Notes under the pieces: model-generated | What the model saw: only the letters and a program-made list of their open reading frames with translations | What the model was told of the DNA's origin: nothing | Databases searched by the model: none | In this document: positions 8,388 through 22,690 of the stretch, in pieces | Layout: each line of letters opens with the position of its first letter | How positions within the stretch are numbered: position 1 is the first letter of the stretch | Made by a program: the position numbers and the translations under genes | Origin: Lama glama | Lineage: Eukaryota | DNA: 64,000 nucleotides | Assembly (NCBI GenBank): GCA_028534125.1 | Contig: CM052816.1 | Span: 55,616,001-55,680,000 of the forward strand | Direction of reading: 5' to 3'

Positions 8388-11300
8388 GTGAGCCACCCGC
8401 GCAGCGGAGAGCTCCATGCTCAGACTCACCTGCCGCGCGCGAGGCGAGCCGCTGAGGACTTGGGGTGGGGCTGGGCGGGAGACACGGACCGTCCCGGGGC
8501 GGGGGCTGCGGAATGTGCTGGGGTGTGGGGCTGAGTTCTGCCGCAGGAGTGCCCGGGCCAGGGCCGAGGTGGGGGTGGGGGCAGAAGGGGACTGTCTTCC
8601 TCGCCCGCCCTGGGGCTCGGCGGCCTAGGACTAGGGAAAACGTGTCCCAATCTCTGATCCAGTTTGGGAGCGGGATGCGCAGCATGTCTTGAGACCCAGG
8701 CCGGCAGCTGTCCCGGGTATAGGAATTTGGGGTGGGCAACAGCCGTATCCAAAGGATTGGATATGAGAACGATGCAAGTCAGACCTCTCAAACAAGCTTA
8801 TTGCGGAGGTGCCAAGCAAAGTAGACTTGGGGGTTTTCTGCAGACGAGGCTGTTTAGACGGAAGCCTTGTTGCTTGGTGCCGAAGTCCGAGGTGGTAAAC
8901 GGTGCCCGGTTAGATGCAGTGAGAGATCTCAATGAGGAGGACTTTTGTACTTTCCCCCTCACCCTTTACCCAGTTCGGAGAGGAGCTATTGAATCGGCAG
9001 GTGATAGGTACAAGAAATATTCGTAGTGACTTGGAACATGTCAGAATGGAGACGACCTTTAGTCCGGGAAGAAGAGCGTTATTTAACAGTAAAATATTCT
9101 TGCAGTCAGTGGGCCAGAGTAAGGAAAAGACATCTTACTTTTCCTGTATTTTTAAAAACAAAATACGTCCCTTTTCCAAAATTTTTGTAAAGCAGATAGT
9201 TGTATAATTTGAAAGCTAATTAGTTAAAACGGATGAGGCCCTTTTAAAGAGAAAAGGTAGGTAATCTTTTCTTTGGTTAGTATATGGTTTGGGGTTTGTT
9301 GCTGGGGTTCCCCCCCCCCCCCCAAGCTTTTTGCTATGGGAAGATCCACATTGCCTTTTTTTACTTCCTTCTCTCTTCCTGTTAAACTTTCAGAAATGGC
9401 TGGACCTAGCAGTTAACTTAGAGAGGGAGAGCAGGGGCCAGTCTCTCAACAAGCTGGTCATAAGATACTAGGTCATGTGCAGCCACTGGCTGTTAAGAAA
9501 TCACGCTGCTTCCAATATACATACTTGGCTAAGCGTTTAGACATCGTTTGTGGAATCATTTAATATTAGGCTTTTATATTGTCTTGAGAAGGCTGAGAAA
9601 GGACCTAGGAAAAACATTTGTATGTCGGGAGTAAAGCTTTTTCTGTATGCAAATAAAAGTTACAGCATGTGTTGTTATTGGGATCATTATTGGAATTTAA
9701 GTGAGAAGTTTTCAGTAAAGTGAAGCTCCCTAGGGTTTCTTTAGATTAAATGTATCTTGTAATTTAGGACTCTGTATTGAACACGCTGTAATAGATACAC
9801 GTCTTCTTTTGAAATTGTTATGAAATGGCCTCTGCACAGTGATTCTGATAATTTTATCACTTTTTTCTCATTAAAAGAGAAGCATACTTCAAATTACTAT
9901 TGTAGTGGTGTTAAGTATTTTACAAAACAAGCTGTACTTTTGAACTGTTGATCATGACTTTTTTGGAGGTAGCGGAATTGGAGTGACTGGTAGTCACCTG
10001 TGCTCTGAGTATGCACTGGATCTGAGTTGCACAGTATGCAGAGCAGTGTAGTAGGTGTATACTTTGTGACAAAAAATAGAGTGTCTCCTTGGTGTTTAAG
10101 TGCATGGAAGTGTAGTATCTGACCACTTCTGTGGTGGGTAAGTAACTTCAATGTTGCTGCATACATAGACTCAACAGGGATGTAGGTTTTGGTATTCTTA
10201 TTAACAGCTATGAAGGAATTTCCCTGAAATTTAACAATTTGTGGTTACATATAATGTTTTTTGGAAGCTTTTTAATCAAGAATATTTTATATTGAGTGCA
10301 TATTTTAAAATTTAAATTACATATATATTTTGAGCCTTTGCATTCACCTGATAATTTAAACAAGAGTTAGAACTCAGCATTTGTTCTTTTCCTTCTGTTA
10401 AGTAATGTACTTAAGTCCCAATACTAACTTGTCCTGTTCCCTCCACCCCTACTCCGCTAGTGGAGTGAATTTGGAATGGTGCACTGGGAGGTAAACTTAT
10501 ATTAGAAATATACCAGCCCAAAGTTTCTTATTATATATAGCCTATTTTCTGCAGACTTGCTTCTTAGGCATATAGGTTTCAAAAATACTGGATAGACAAT
10601 AATTGTAGGTGGTTTTAACAACTATCAGGATGATTGTGGATGGGAAAAGATTCATGCCTTAGTAGGACTTGAGAGCAGCTAAGCCTGGATAAAATAAATC
10701 TCATTCAGTTTCTTCTGGATTCCCTCCATCTTTTTACCTTATCTTTTTCTCCACACACCTAACTATTGGCTGAAATTCTATCCATCTCAAGAGTCCATCT
10801 CAACTGTTCTTTCCTTGAAGCCTTTTCTTATTTTCCAATTATACCAGAGCTCCTTCCCTTGAATTCCTATAGTGTTTTATTAGTAACTTGCTTGTGACTC
10901 TTACTATAAATGCATTTTTTTTCTCTTGAATTTATGCTTGCTGGACTGTTGGGAGCAGGAATTTTTGATTCTCCTGCAGTGTCTACAAATTGCCTTGTCT
11001 CTGTTAAAAGTAGAAGAGTGAGGGAATGTCATGAGGGTAGAGAAAGGCAAAAATCTGTCTACTGACCGTGAATGGGAGTTCATATTTTCTGAGTAAAGGG
11101 TCCTGAAGTTTATATAATTTATTGGGTTCTGTATAAGAAAGAAATATAAAATTATAGACACAATTGCTGGGGCCCCTTCTGTCACTCTGGATGGAGTCTG
11201 TTCAAGTGAGCATTGCTGAAGATTTCTAAGCTTCATTAGCTATGCATAACTCTGCCTCTAACAGAAAATACTGCATGCCTCGCAGTATTCTAAGTCTATT

Positions 11301-13200
11301 CTTGTTTAAACAACTAAGAGGTGGAGTTTGACAAAGAGAGAGGATAAGTAACTTGACTACAATCACACAGTTACTAGCCTTCTGAGAGGCAGTAATTGGA
11401 AGTGAGGTAGGGTTAAGTTATGCCAGTCTAACAATTCGTATTATAGGCAATGGAGAGTTGTTCCTGTAAGTTTTGGAGCTGGAGGCTCTGTGAGGTTAAT
11501 ATGTAAGATAAGTAAGGAAAATATGCCTAATAAATAAGATTATGTAAGTTTTGAAATTAAAAAGCAGATATACCAAAGGTAAGGTTTTAAAGCCTTCTCA
11601 GGAATCTAGGAACCTGATAATTTGGTTGGATTACTTGAAAATAGAGAGGAGGAGTCACATTTAAGGGTTTAATAGGAAGAAAAAATAAATAGGAGTTGGT
11701 GATGGGCTATAAAGATTAAGAAGAAAACAGTCAGGTGTTTAGCATCTCCTATGAATATAGTAGGTATATTCACGATTTTATCCAGCCATTCAAATGACAG
11801 GGCAAAGAAACTGAAGTTAGAAAAGTTAAATAACTTTTCAAAACTCCTCACAGGAATAGTTAAGTAGTTGAGTCTCTCTGATAATGTATCTATTCCCCTG
11901 TCCATACCCTGAGCCAGGAACCCAGAGCCAGGTTTGAGTCTGAGTGACTGGAAGTGGCAGTATAGCCAAGGAAATAGGAACATAGGGAGGAAGTGCACCT
12001 TATAGGGGAAGGTAAATTCAGTTTTGTATGTAACCATTATCATTTCCAGTTGATGTCTTAAGTGGTGGCAAACCACAGGGAGTTAAAAATAAGGAAATAA
12101 TGATTAGAAAGCCCTTAGGAAAGAATGAATTAAATTACCAGCACAGATAAGCTCTCAGGGAGGGGTTGTAATGATGGAATTTAGAAGATTGAAGAGCTGA
12201 ACCATCTCAAACTTGTTGAATTAGGCAATAGGAAAGTAAAGATTTCTCTAAGCCAATTCAGTATATTTTTAACAATCCATTTAGATTTATTTTTTTTTCA
12301 GATAGTTTTTGAATTAGCAGATAGTTTTTGGAATTGTGTGTGCTTAAAACCCAGGGCATAAAAATATGCAATAACAAGAATTCCCGTAGAGGTTACATTT
12401 CTGCCTTTGCAAGTTTATTGATTGTGATCTAAACTGTGCAGCAGCCAAGTTTGAGCAACGCAGAAACCTTTTATAGGTACTAGGAAAAGATAATCCAAGA
12501 TTGGGTTTTTTTGGTGGGGTTGTGGGGGATAACCAAGGATGGTTTTGAAAACCAGTTTTATGTTTGTATTACTACTTGAGTTCGAAAAATAGATCTTTAG
12601 AGAAACTTGGAAAATGAATTAACTTTTAAATACATAATACTGAGTTCTGTGGAGTTAAAAATAAAGTTGATGCAGACTTACTAAAGATTAACGATCTACT
12701 ATTTTTACTTTAACGTAGTTATAAGCATCATAAATTTTTATGTAGGAATAACTTAACAACAAAAAGAGTTTGGACCATGATTGGCTTTGTACTCTTGTTG
12801 ATTAAGAAGACTTCATGTAGTACTTGGTGTAGGAGAATGAGAAACTGTTATTACCAAACGTACTTTCCTGTTGAATATGTTAATTATGGCAAGGACCCAA
12901 ACAATTTAAGAATGAGGAAGATAGTGAGAAGGGGAGGATGAAAGCATACAGAAAACAGAGCAAAATTTTTACCTGAAATGTGCTTCAGTTTTATTCCTCA
13001 AATGTTAAAAGAAAATGTGTATTTTATTTACTTTCTATTTTATTTACAGTTTTGTAAAAATTACTGAAAATCATATACAATCTAGAAAATCCTAACTTTT
13101 CACTTTTTTTTTTGTTTACTGTTTATAGTAAAGTTAGAACTTTTCACATTTTGGTTTTAAAATTAGGTTGACTGCTATTTCAGAAAGTTTGCATTTCTAA

Positions 13201-13407
<207 letters not shown>

Positions 13408-16149
13408 TAATATGCACCAGAAACCTATTCTGGGTGCTTGGGATATGTCTATGAACAGAATAGATTAAGATCCTTTTCCTGTGGAGCATACAGTCTAATA
13501 CTTTTTTTCCATAAAGTTATTTTAGAGAGTAGTACAACATACTATTATTTTATATAGACATGTAGTATTTATCTAGTTGGTTATAGCACGCCCTTAAACA
13601 AGGGCTTCAGAAAAAAAGATATTAGATGACTTCATATCTGATGAAACTGGTACAGTTTCTTGGTGAGTTACTGAAAAAGTTAAAGCAGGAAAATAAAAAA
13701 GATACATATCTTAATATTTTAAAATTTTGACCTAAAATATATAAATCTAAATTAATTTGCCACCTTTTTGATGTAGTGCTAACAGTATCTCTTTGAACAT
13801 GGAATTGAGAGATATTCTTTTGTAATTAGCATATTCATAATTCGTAATTTGCAGTTTCCAATTTTGATTCTCTGAAGTGGAATAAAAGCTTAAAGATACT
13901 TTTGAAAAGCTCTAAATATAAGTTCCCCTTTTGGGCTTCTAATGTTTTTTCCTAATATTTTACAGATGTCTCACCTTTATTTAATTTAATACCTTTTAAA
14001 AGAATGACTCACTTTTATTGAGTCATTCTACTTAGCTGACATTCAACTTAGTTTACATAGAAACAACTCTCTTTGCACTTGTATTCCCTAGACTTACAAA
14101 ATGTTTAATTAAGTTATGTAAGGACTATAGCAAGTAAACTGGCATAAACACGTTTGGGAACAACCAACTGACTTGTTAAATGGGTGACTCAACTAGTGGG
14201 ACAGAAGTGCCTGAATATACTAAAAGCTAGCATACTAGTTGAGAGTGGTCAGCATATCATGGCATATTTAATAAATGGTGAAAAGTGTTGATTAAGGCAG
14301 GTCAGTTAAATGGAGGTCAGTTAAGGGAGCTATTGTAGTTAAAAGTCTAAAATGAGTATGTTAAAATAATCATAAATTTTACTGATGTTCAAAGAGAATT
14401 CATGTTATGATAGAACGTATATTGTTTATAAAAATAAATGGTATATTTTGGATCTATGTTGATGTCTAAATGTGACTTACATATGTTTGTGTTACACATT
14501 TGAGGAAATCCATCATTTTCATACATCCTGCCCCTCTTATATGTTCAGAGTTTGAAAACAAAAGCTTAATTGAATATTGACTTGGAAAAACTTCTATAGG
14601 AGTTGTTTGAAATTTTCAGAATGAAACTACTACTCTCCATTCTTAGGGACAATTTTAAAGAAATAGTTTGAACATAAAGACTTTATTTTGACTGGTATGT
14701 GGTATGTAATAATGTAATTTTAAAAATTATATTTAATATTTAGTATTTGGGGTTTTATTTCTCTTGAGATAGATTCATGCTAGAAGGAAAAGTTGTGAAT
14801 AGAAATATACTTTATAATCTTAAAGTGTTTTTCCTTGGTTCTTCTCCTTCCTAATTTTGCATAATGTTAGATGCTTGCTAGTTACAATGCTTGTTTGACT
14901 CTTTGAAAATAGCATATTGATTGGTAATGTGAAAATGGAGAGGAATGAAATTTTGTATCTTCATTTTTTCGTAAGTAGTAATATTCTTAGAGTACCATGC
15001 TAGTTTCTGTGGAGTTATAGTTATCTTGTCTTAAATTATAGACTACGGTACTAGTGCACGGCTTACTTGGGGAAAAGAAGAAAAATTTTAATAAATACTA
15101 AAATTGAATATGCTTGTGAAAAAACACTGTATTAGTTCTTTGTAGATTTTTTGTTGTTGTTAGATCTTTATTTGCATACAGAACTTCCATTGTGGTTCAT
15201 AATCAAAGAAATGAATAGGAAAGTGTAAAATTTGAAGCTTTGAAAGGACCTAGTGGAAGTATTTACTGGGCTATGTGGTGGTAGATAAGGTCAAAAAATA
15301 TAAATGAAGCAGCAGAATCTGAATGGTAGTTAGTCTTTGCTACAGTGAAACAGGTGTTAGGGGGAAACCCAAGCGTTTATATTCCTGAACTCCTTCAACT
15401 TTGTTCCCATTCTGTGGGTTCACAGGTTCACTGTTAAAATATTTCAAGGAAATTACAAAATATAGGTGAATTTAGTGAACTTCTCAGAATGAAGTTTACA
15501 GAGTATGTATTTGAGTTAAATTTTCAAAATATAATAACCTCTGTTAAATAGATATCCTTTGTTTGTCTTAAATATGGGCTATTATATGTAGCATTTCATC
15601 TCTGAAGAGAAAGAGTAAACTTGAATTTGTGCACAGGACATCCTTATGAAATTGGTAGCATTCGTGTTTGAGGAAATCTGGACTTGAAGAATTGTGACTT
15701 TACTGTAACCATTCATTAACATATATATTATTTGTTGGTGAACCTAATATCTGAGCCTACCATTTCCAATAGAACCTAATTCATTGTTAAATTCACTCTT
15801 ATTTTAGCTTAACAATTAAGTCATTTTTAATACATTCAAATCATGTTTAGCTCTGTGATAATATATTGAATGAAATAGTTTCAAGAAACAAAGTATTTCC
15901 TGGGAGAATTTGTTACCTGGAAATAATTCTTAATGTGAAGGGATTGGGAGTAAGTTAATAAGAAAAACAGTACTCTGTCACTTTGTGAAAAATGATCTTT
16001 CTGTATGTCAGATAAATGTTTGTAGGTAGAAAGTTGAATATCTGAATTTTTATTATGGTTTAATAGCTATTTGCTGAAGGCCCAGTCCCTGCTACAATAC
16101 AGTAGATGTTCAGTACATGTTAATTGTATTTCATCAGTCAAAAACAATG

Positions 16150-17400
16150 TTTATGGAGTATTTAAACTATTATTTATTTTTTAAATTCTGTGTTTAAATA
16201 AAATACCCATAGTAAAAAAATATAATCCATGCCATGAGAAAGTTTAAAAAGTAAATACTTCTCTTTATTCTTAGTCTTATACTCAGGACATAACCAAAGT
16301 AAAATTTTTGGTCTGTCATTGCAGACAGTATGTATACCTATATACGCATTTATTTGTTTAAATCCTTCATTTTCATTTAGACAAATAGTATCATACTAAA
16401 CCTATCATTCTATACTTTGTTTTCTTTTAATATGTCTTGGACATTTACTGCATTTTGCTGAATTATGTGGTTGTACCATATCTTATTTATCTGCCTCTTC
16501 CCTGTTCTTGGACATTTAGTTCCTATTTAAATTTGTTGTACAACACTCTTGAAACAAACATATGTAGTATTTTAAAATTTGTTCATAGTTATTGTCAAAT
16601 GCCCTTTCAAAACTACTGCTTTTCATTCCTACCAATAGTGCATGAATGTCTCTGTTTCCCCATACCCTCAAGTACTGAGGAAGTCAGATTTTGGCAAATG
16701 TTAAAATATTTGTCAAACTGCTAGATAAAAATGGTGTCTCATTATTTTCAGTTGTGTTTTTTATTCAAGAGGTTGAGTAACTTCATATGTTTATAAACTC
16801 ATTTTTATTTTCTTCCTCCTCTTATCATTTGTTCATCTCTTTCTATTTATTGATTTGTAGAAGCTCTTTATATCATAATGTTTGGCCACTTGTCATATTT
16901 ATTGCAGATGTTTCCCCCCTAGGTTGTCAGTTGTCTGTTTCTTTTCTTGTTTTATAATCTTTTTCAGCCTTACAGAAATTAAAAAATTTTATATACTCTT
17001 ATTGACCTTTTCCTTTATGGCTTCTGTATTTAGTTATGTTTAGATATATATTCCCACCTCAAAGACTATAACTCTATATAACTGTAGTTACATTTTTGCT
17101 ACAATTTTTTCATCTACATCTGAGTTTTGATTCCTATGGGAGTTATTTTAGTATAAGGAGAGATGTGTGAATTTAGCTTTTTATTTTTTTCCAAATGACT
17201 AACCCTGTAGTCTAATACTATTAATTGAAAAGTTCACCTGTTCTCCACTGGTTTGAAATGTCATCTTTATTACATATTACATTCCAATGTGTATTTGAGG
17301 TTATTTCTGGACTCTGTTCTGTTAAGTTGGCCTGTCTCTTCTTTCTTTTTGTACTATATTTAAAATTATATTGCTAATATTTCATCAACCAATTCTTTAA
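16150..17400 (-). mobile_element. Old L1M 3' fragment
   Basis: T-rich degenerate L1 ORF2/3' UTR motifs such as TCCTACCAATAGTGCATGAATG and TTATTTCTGGACTCTGTTCTG. Confidence 0.6.
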
Positions 17401-17669
17401 ACTGCTTATGATCCTTTTGTGAAAATAAAAGAAGTGATTTGTTTGTAGTTACTGAGATTAGAAGATGTTACAGGAATTAGGTCGGTAGAGATTTTGGAAA
17501 TAGTAAAGTTTATAGTCCCAAGTCTCACCTTAAGTATCTGACTTTGTATAGCTAGTATCTTACAGAACTTCTTTAGTTACCAGGCAAATGGGATTCCTAT
17601 TATTATTATTATAGGTTGGTTATAGAGAAATTTATTCATCAGTTTGATGTTTTAGTAGTTTTAGAAGGT

Positions 17670-18810
17670 TTTGTTTTATATTTCTCTAATAATTAACGAT
17701 GTTGAGAATCTTTTCATGTGCCTGTTGGCCATCTGTATGTCTTTGGAGAAATGTCTGTCTAGATCTTCTGCCCATTTTTTGATTGCGTTGTTTGTTTTTT
17801 TGTTATTGAGTTGTATGAGCTGTTTGTATATTCTGGAAATTAAGTCAGTCACATCATTTGCAAACATTTTCTCGCAGTCTCCCAGTCCGTAGGTTGTCTT
17901 TTTGTTTTTTTAATGGTTTCCTTTGCTGTAAAAAAGCTTTTAAGTTTGATTAGGTTCTATTTGCTTATTTTTGCTTTCAATTCTATCAGTCTGGGAAATG
18001 GATCCAACAAAATATAGCTGCAACTTAACATCAAAGAGTGTTCTGCCTATGTTTTCCTCTAGAAGTTTTAGAGTATCTGGTCTTACATTTAGGTGTTTAA
18101 TCCATTTTGAGTTTATTTTTGTATATGGTGTTAGAGAATGTTCTAATTTCATGTACATCCAGCTAGCCAACTTTCCCAGCATCACTTGCTGAAGAGATTG
18201 TCTTTTTCTCCATTGTGTATTCTTGCCTCCTTTGTTGTAGGTTAATTTACCGTAAGCGAACAGGTTTATTTCTGGGCTGTCTGTCCTGTTCCATTGATCT
18301 GTGTGTCTGATTTTGTGCCAGTAACATATTGTTTTGATTACTTTAGCTTTGTAGTATAGTCAGACATCAGGGAGTGTGGTTCCTTCAGCTCCATTCTTCT
18401 TAAGATTGTTTTGACTGTTCTGCGTCTTTTATGCTTCCATAAAATTTTTAATGTTTTTTGTTCCAGTTCTGTGGAAAATGCCATTGGTAGTTGATAGGGA
18501 TTGCATTGAATCTGTAGATTGCCTTGGGTAGTATGGTCATTTTAAAAATATTGATTCTTCCAGTGCGAGAACACAGTGTATCTTTCCATCTGTTTGTGTT
18601 ATCTTCAGTTTGTTTCATCAGCATCTTAGAGTTTTTGGAGTACAAGTCTTGCCTCCTTTGGTAGGTTTATTCCTAGGTATTTTATTCTTTTTGATACAAT
18701 GGTAAAAGGGATTGTTGTCTTAATTTCTCTTTGTGATATTTCATTGTTACTGTATAGAAATGCAGCAGATCTGTGTATTTTGTATCCTGCAATTTTACTG
18801 AACTTGTTGA
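17670..18810 (-). mobile_element. L1 ORF2 C-terminal fragment (decayed)
   Basis: Minus-strand ORFs contain [26 protein letters not shown] and [14 protein letters not shown]. Confidence 0.92.
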
Positions 18811-18812
18811 CC

Positions 18813-19192
18813 AATGTCTTAAACAACAAATTTATTATCTCACAGCTCTGGAGGCTTAAAGTCTGGATCAAGATGATGTCAGGGTTGCTTCCTTCTGTTG
18901 CTTATGATGGTATGCTAGTAATTTTTGGCATCACTTGGCTTATATATGCATCATCCCGATCTCTGCATTCATGTTTACATGGCGTTCTCCCTGTGCGTGT
19001 GACTGTGTCCTGATTTTCTCTTTATAAGGAAACCAGTCATATCAGATTAAGGGTCCGTTCTATTCCAGTGTGACCTCATCCTAACTAATTATACCTCCAA
19101 TTACCCTATTTCCAAATAAATTCGAGTTCTGAAGTACTTGCAGTTAGGGCTTCAACATCTAAATTTGAGAGCATGTAGTTTAACTCATAACA
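18813..19192 (-). mobile_element. MLT1 LTR
   Basis: TTTATTATCTCACAGCTCTGGAGGC, TGACCTCATCCTAACTAATTA and TTAGGGCTTCAACAT. Confidence 0.75.
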
Positions 19193-19589
19193 AAAAGTAT
19201 CAGAGTTAGGACTAGAACTCAAGTCTCCCAATTCCCACCTGATGTTATTTTATCACATGTCATTGAGCATAGGAAAAATACATATATAGTACATTTTATT
19301 TTGTGTTAGACTTACAGGAACATGACTGTTAAATACTTACAAATTGTAACTCTTTAAAATTTGTGATTTACTATTACTGTCTTCTGTTAAATCTTTGTAA
19401 TAAATATGGTCCATGTTTTAGCATTCAAGTTTCCTTAAAGCAAGAAATACACAAAATTTCTAAATTTGTGTGCTTAAAATAGCAAGAGGCTTGTTTTCTT
19501 AGTTTTTCTGGAGGTTAAGATATTATAAGATAATGGCTATAATTCCCTGTACTGTACATATTTAGTGTTTTTTATTTATCATCTTTTTA

Positions 19590-20915
19590 TCTTTTAAAAA
19601 AATATTTTTATTGAAATATAGTCAGTTTACAATGTATCAGTTTCTGGTGTACAGCATAATGCTTCAGTCATACATGAACATACATATATTCGTTTTCATA
19701 TTCTTTTTCACCATAAGTTACTACAAGATATTGAATATGGTTCCCTGTGCTATATAGTATGAACTTGTTGTTTATCTGTTTTATATATAGTAGTTAGTAT
19801 GTGCAAATCTCAAACTCCCAATTTATCCCTTCCCCCGCCCCATAATCTTAAGTTTGTTTTCTATGTCTGTAAATCTGTTTTGTAAATAAGTTTTTTTTCT
19901 TTAAGATTCCACATATAAGTGATATCATATGGTGTTTTTCTGTCTCTTTGTGGCTTACTTCACTTAGAATGACAATCTCCAGGTCCATCCATGTTGCTGC
20001 AAATGGCATTATTTTATTCTTTTTTATGACTGAGTGGTATTCCATTGTATACATATACCACAACTTCTCCATCCAGTCATCTGTGTTGATGGACTTTTAG
20101 GTTGTTTCCATGACTTGGCTATTGTAGTAAATACTGCTGCTTTGAATATTGGGGTGCATGTATCTTTTTGAATTAAGGTTCCCTCTGGATATATGCCCAG
20201 GAATGGGATTGCTGGATCATATAGCAAGTCTATTTTTAGTCTTTTGATTTATACTGCTTTCCATAATGGCCGCACCAAACTACATTACCACCAACAGTCT
20301 AGGAGGGTTCCCTTTTCTCCACGTTCTCTCCAGCATTTATTGTTCATGGTCTTTTGAATGGTGGTCATTCTGACAAGTGTGAGGTGATACCTCATTGTAG
20401 TTTTGATTTGCATTTCTCTAATAGTGATATTGAGCATTTCATGTGCCTATTAGCCATTTGTATGTCTTCATTGGAGAATTGCTTGTTTAGGTCTTCTGCC
20501 CATTTTTGGATTGGGTTTTTTGTTTTTTTATTATTTAGTTGTATAAGCTTTTTATATATTCTTGAAATTAAACCCTTGTCAGTCTTATCTTTTGCAGGTA
20601 TTTTCTCCCATTTTGTAGGCTGTCTTTTTGTTTTGCTTCTGGTTTCCTTTGCTGTGCAAAAGCTTTTAAGTTTAATTAGTGCCCATTTGTTTATTTTTGC
20701 TTTTATTTCTATTGCCTCAGTAGATTGCCCTGGGAGAGTATTGCTAAGATTTATATCAGATAAAGTTTTGCCTATGTTTTCTTCTAAGAGGTTTATAATG
20801 TCTTGTCTTATGTTTAAGTCTTTAAGCTATTTTGAGTTTATTTTTGTGTATGGTGTGAGGGAGTATTCTAACTTCATTGATTTGTATGCAACTGTCCAGT
20901 TATCACAACACCATT
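19590..20915 (-). mobile_element. Lineage-specific L1 3' end (ORF2 end plus 3' UTR)
   Basis: ORFs contain [12 protein letters not shown] and [20 protein letters not shown], with a T-rich tail at the left end. Confidence 0.92.
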
Positions 20916-21964
20916 TAGCATTTTATCTTAATTTCCAGAGTGCTTAGAATATCATTATTGGGCTCTGAAGTCAAACCTGGATTTAGATCTTGGCTCTGCT
21001 TCTTATGGCTAAAGGTACCTTTGAGTAGATGACTAAATTTCTCTGAGCTTCACTTTCTTAACTGGTTAAAGATGGGAGTATAAGATTAAGGGTGAAATGA
21101 TTTTGTGTATTAAGTGAAATAACATAAAAGCACTTATACTTTTGTTCTTGGCAACATAGTTGGCACTCAGATATAAGTTTATTTTGTGAAATGTTTGTTT
21201 TAGAAATAAAGCGTGCAGTTTTAAAAGAAGAGAGGAGAAGCTGGCAAAGCCTTTTATTAAAGCTGGACAAAGATGGAAGTGGCTTTTTAAAGGCAGGATA
21301 TATGACATGTCATATTTGAACAAATTCTCATACATTTCTTGCAAGCAGTTCCCTTCTACCAAATGGTTGTTTCACAACTTTAAAAAAGTTGTGTGTGTGT
21401 ACATATTATATATATTTAATATATAAACAGTTAACTCTTTATATGCTTTCTGCATGTTCCTGACTGTTTTTCCTGGTTCCGCTATTGTTTTTATTTAACT
21501 TTTTAAAAGTCAGATGAACTTTTTATTTAACTTTTTAAAAGTCAGATTTATTTAGGTATAATTTACACTCAGTAAAATTCACCCCTTTTAAGTGTACGGT
21601 TATAATTTTCATAGATGTATGTGGTCATGTGATCACTACCTCAGAATATGGACAATTTTCAACACCCTAAAAAGTTCTCTCCTGCGCCTTTGTTACTGCC
21701 CCATCCCTAGTCTCTGGCAACCACAGTTCTTATAGTTTTACCTTTTCCAAAATGTTGTGTAAATGGAATCATACAGTATGCAGCTCTTGCTGTCTGGCGT
21801 TTCATTTAGTGCAAAGCTTTTGAGAGTCATCCATGTTGTTGCATGTATTCCTAAGTTACTCCTTTTTATTACTGAGTACTGTTCCCCAGTATAGATGTAT
21901 CAAAGTTTGTTTATCTATTCACCAGTTGACAGATTTATATTTCCAGTTTTGGGCTACCATATGT

Positions 21965-22050
21965 TTGTTTATTTTTGGAGGAGGTACTGAGGGTTGAACC
22001 CAGGACCTTGTGCATGCTAAGCATGCCCTCTACACTTGGGCTATATCCTC
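21965..22050 (-). mobile_element. Short tRNA-derived SINE copy
   Basis: Reverse complement of the head of the 5674 SINE, with a perfect 15-bp TSD TGGGCTACCATATGT (21950-21964, 22051-22065). Confidence 0.9.
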
Positions 22051-22444
22051 TGGGCTACCATATGTAAGGCTGCTAAACAGGTCTTTGTGTAAAGGTCATG
22101 TTTTATTTCTCTTGGGTAGGTACCTAGGAATGAAATTGCTGGGTCATATTGTAAGTGTATGTTTAACTTTATGAGAAACTGCCAAACTATTTTCCAAAGT
22201 GGCAGTACCAGTTTGTACTTCTCCCAACAATGTAAGAGAATTTCAGTTGCTCAGCATTTTTGTCAATACTTGTTTTTTTGTTTTGTTTTTTATCTTAATT
22301 ATTCTAGTAGATGTATAGTGATATCTCACGTGGTTTCAATTTGCATTTTCCTAATGACTGATGATGTTATATATCTTTTTACCTGCTTGTTATTTATATC
22401 TCTTTGGTGATGTGTCTGTTCAGATCTTTTTTTCTGTTTGTCTT

Positions 22445-22690
22445 TTTTTCTTTTTTTTATTGAAGTGCAGTTACAATGTGTCATTTTCTGGTGTACAGCA
22501 CAATGTCTCAGTCATGAATATACATGCATATATTCGTTTTCATATTCTTTTTGATTAAATATTATTAGAATGTATTGAATATAGTTCCTGTGTTATACAG
22601 AAGAAATTCGGGGTTTTTTTTAATATCTATTTTTGTATATAGTGGCTAACATTTTCAAATCTGGAACTCCCAAATATATCCCTTCCTAAC
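22445..22690 (-). mobile_element. 5'-truncated L1 3' UTR
   Basis: Similar to 19600-19830, with a 12-bp TSD TCTGTTTGTCTT (22433-22444, 22691-22702). Confidence 0.85.

Larger units (their letters stand above)
7240..8760. promoter_or_regulatory. CpG island / bidirectional promoter shared by POLK (-) and CERT1 (+)
   Basis: Abrupt GC- and CpG-rich segment in an AT-rich background. It contains first exons pointing in both directions. The head-to-head POLK/COL4A3BP arrangement is established in mammals. Confidence 0.93.

Noticed and set aside
8388..8534. C-terminal part of the 205-aa ORF
   Set aside because: It is read-through past the exon donor into the intron.
7215..9026. Many overlapping 60-200 aa ORFs on both strands (e.g. 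7439..8035 minus)
   Set aside because: These are expected from stop-codon scarcity in a GC-rich island. Only the CERT1 frame has recognisable protein sequence and splice support.
9897..12076. Minus-strand ORFs of 89-135 aa in CERT1 intron 1
   Set aside because: They show no recognisable domains or exon structure and partly overlap degenerate MIR/L2-like sequence.
20354..20947. 197-aa hydrophobic ORF as a membrane protein
   Set aside because: It is the antisense frame of L1 ORF2. Similar peptides recur at 17671 and 40171.
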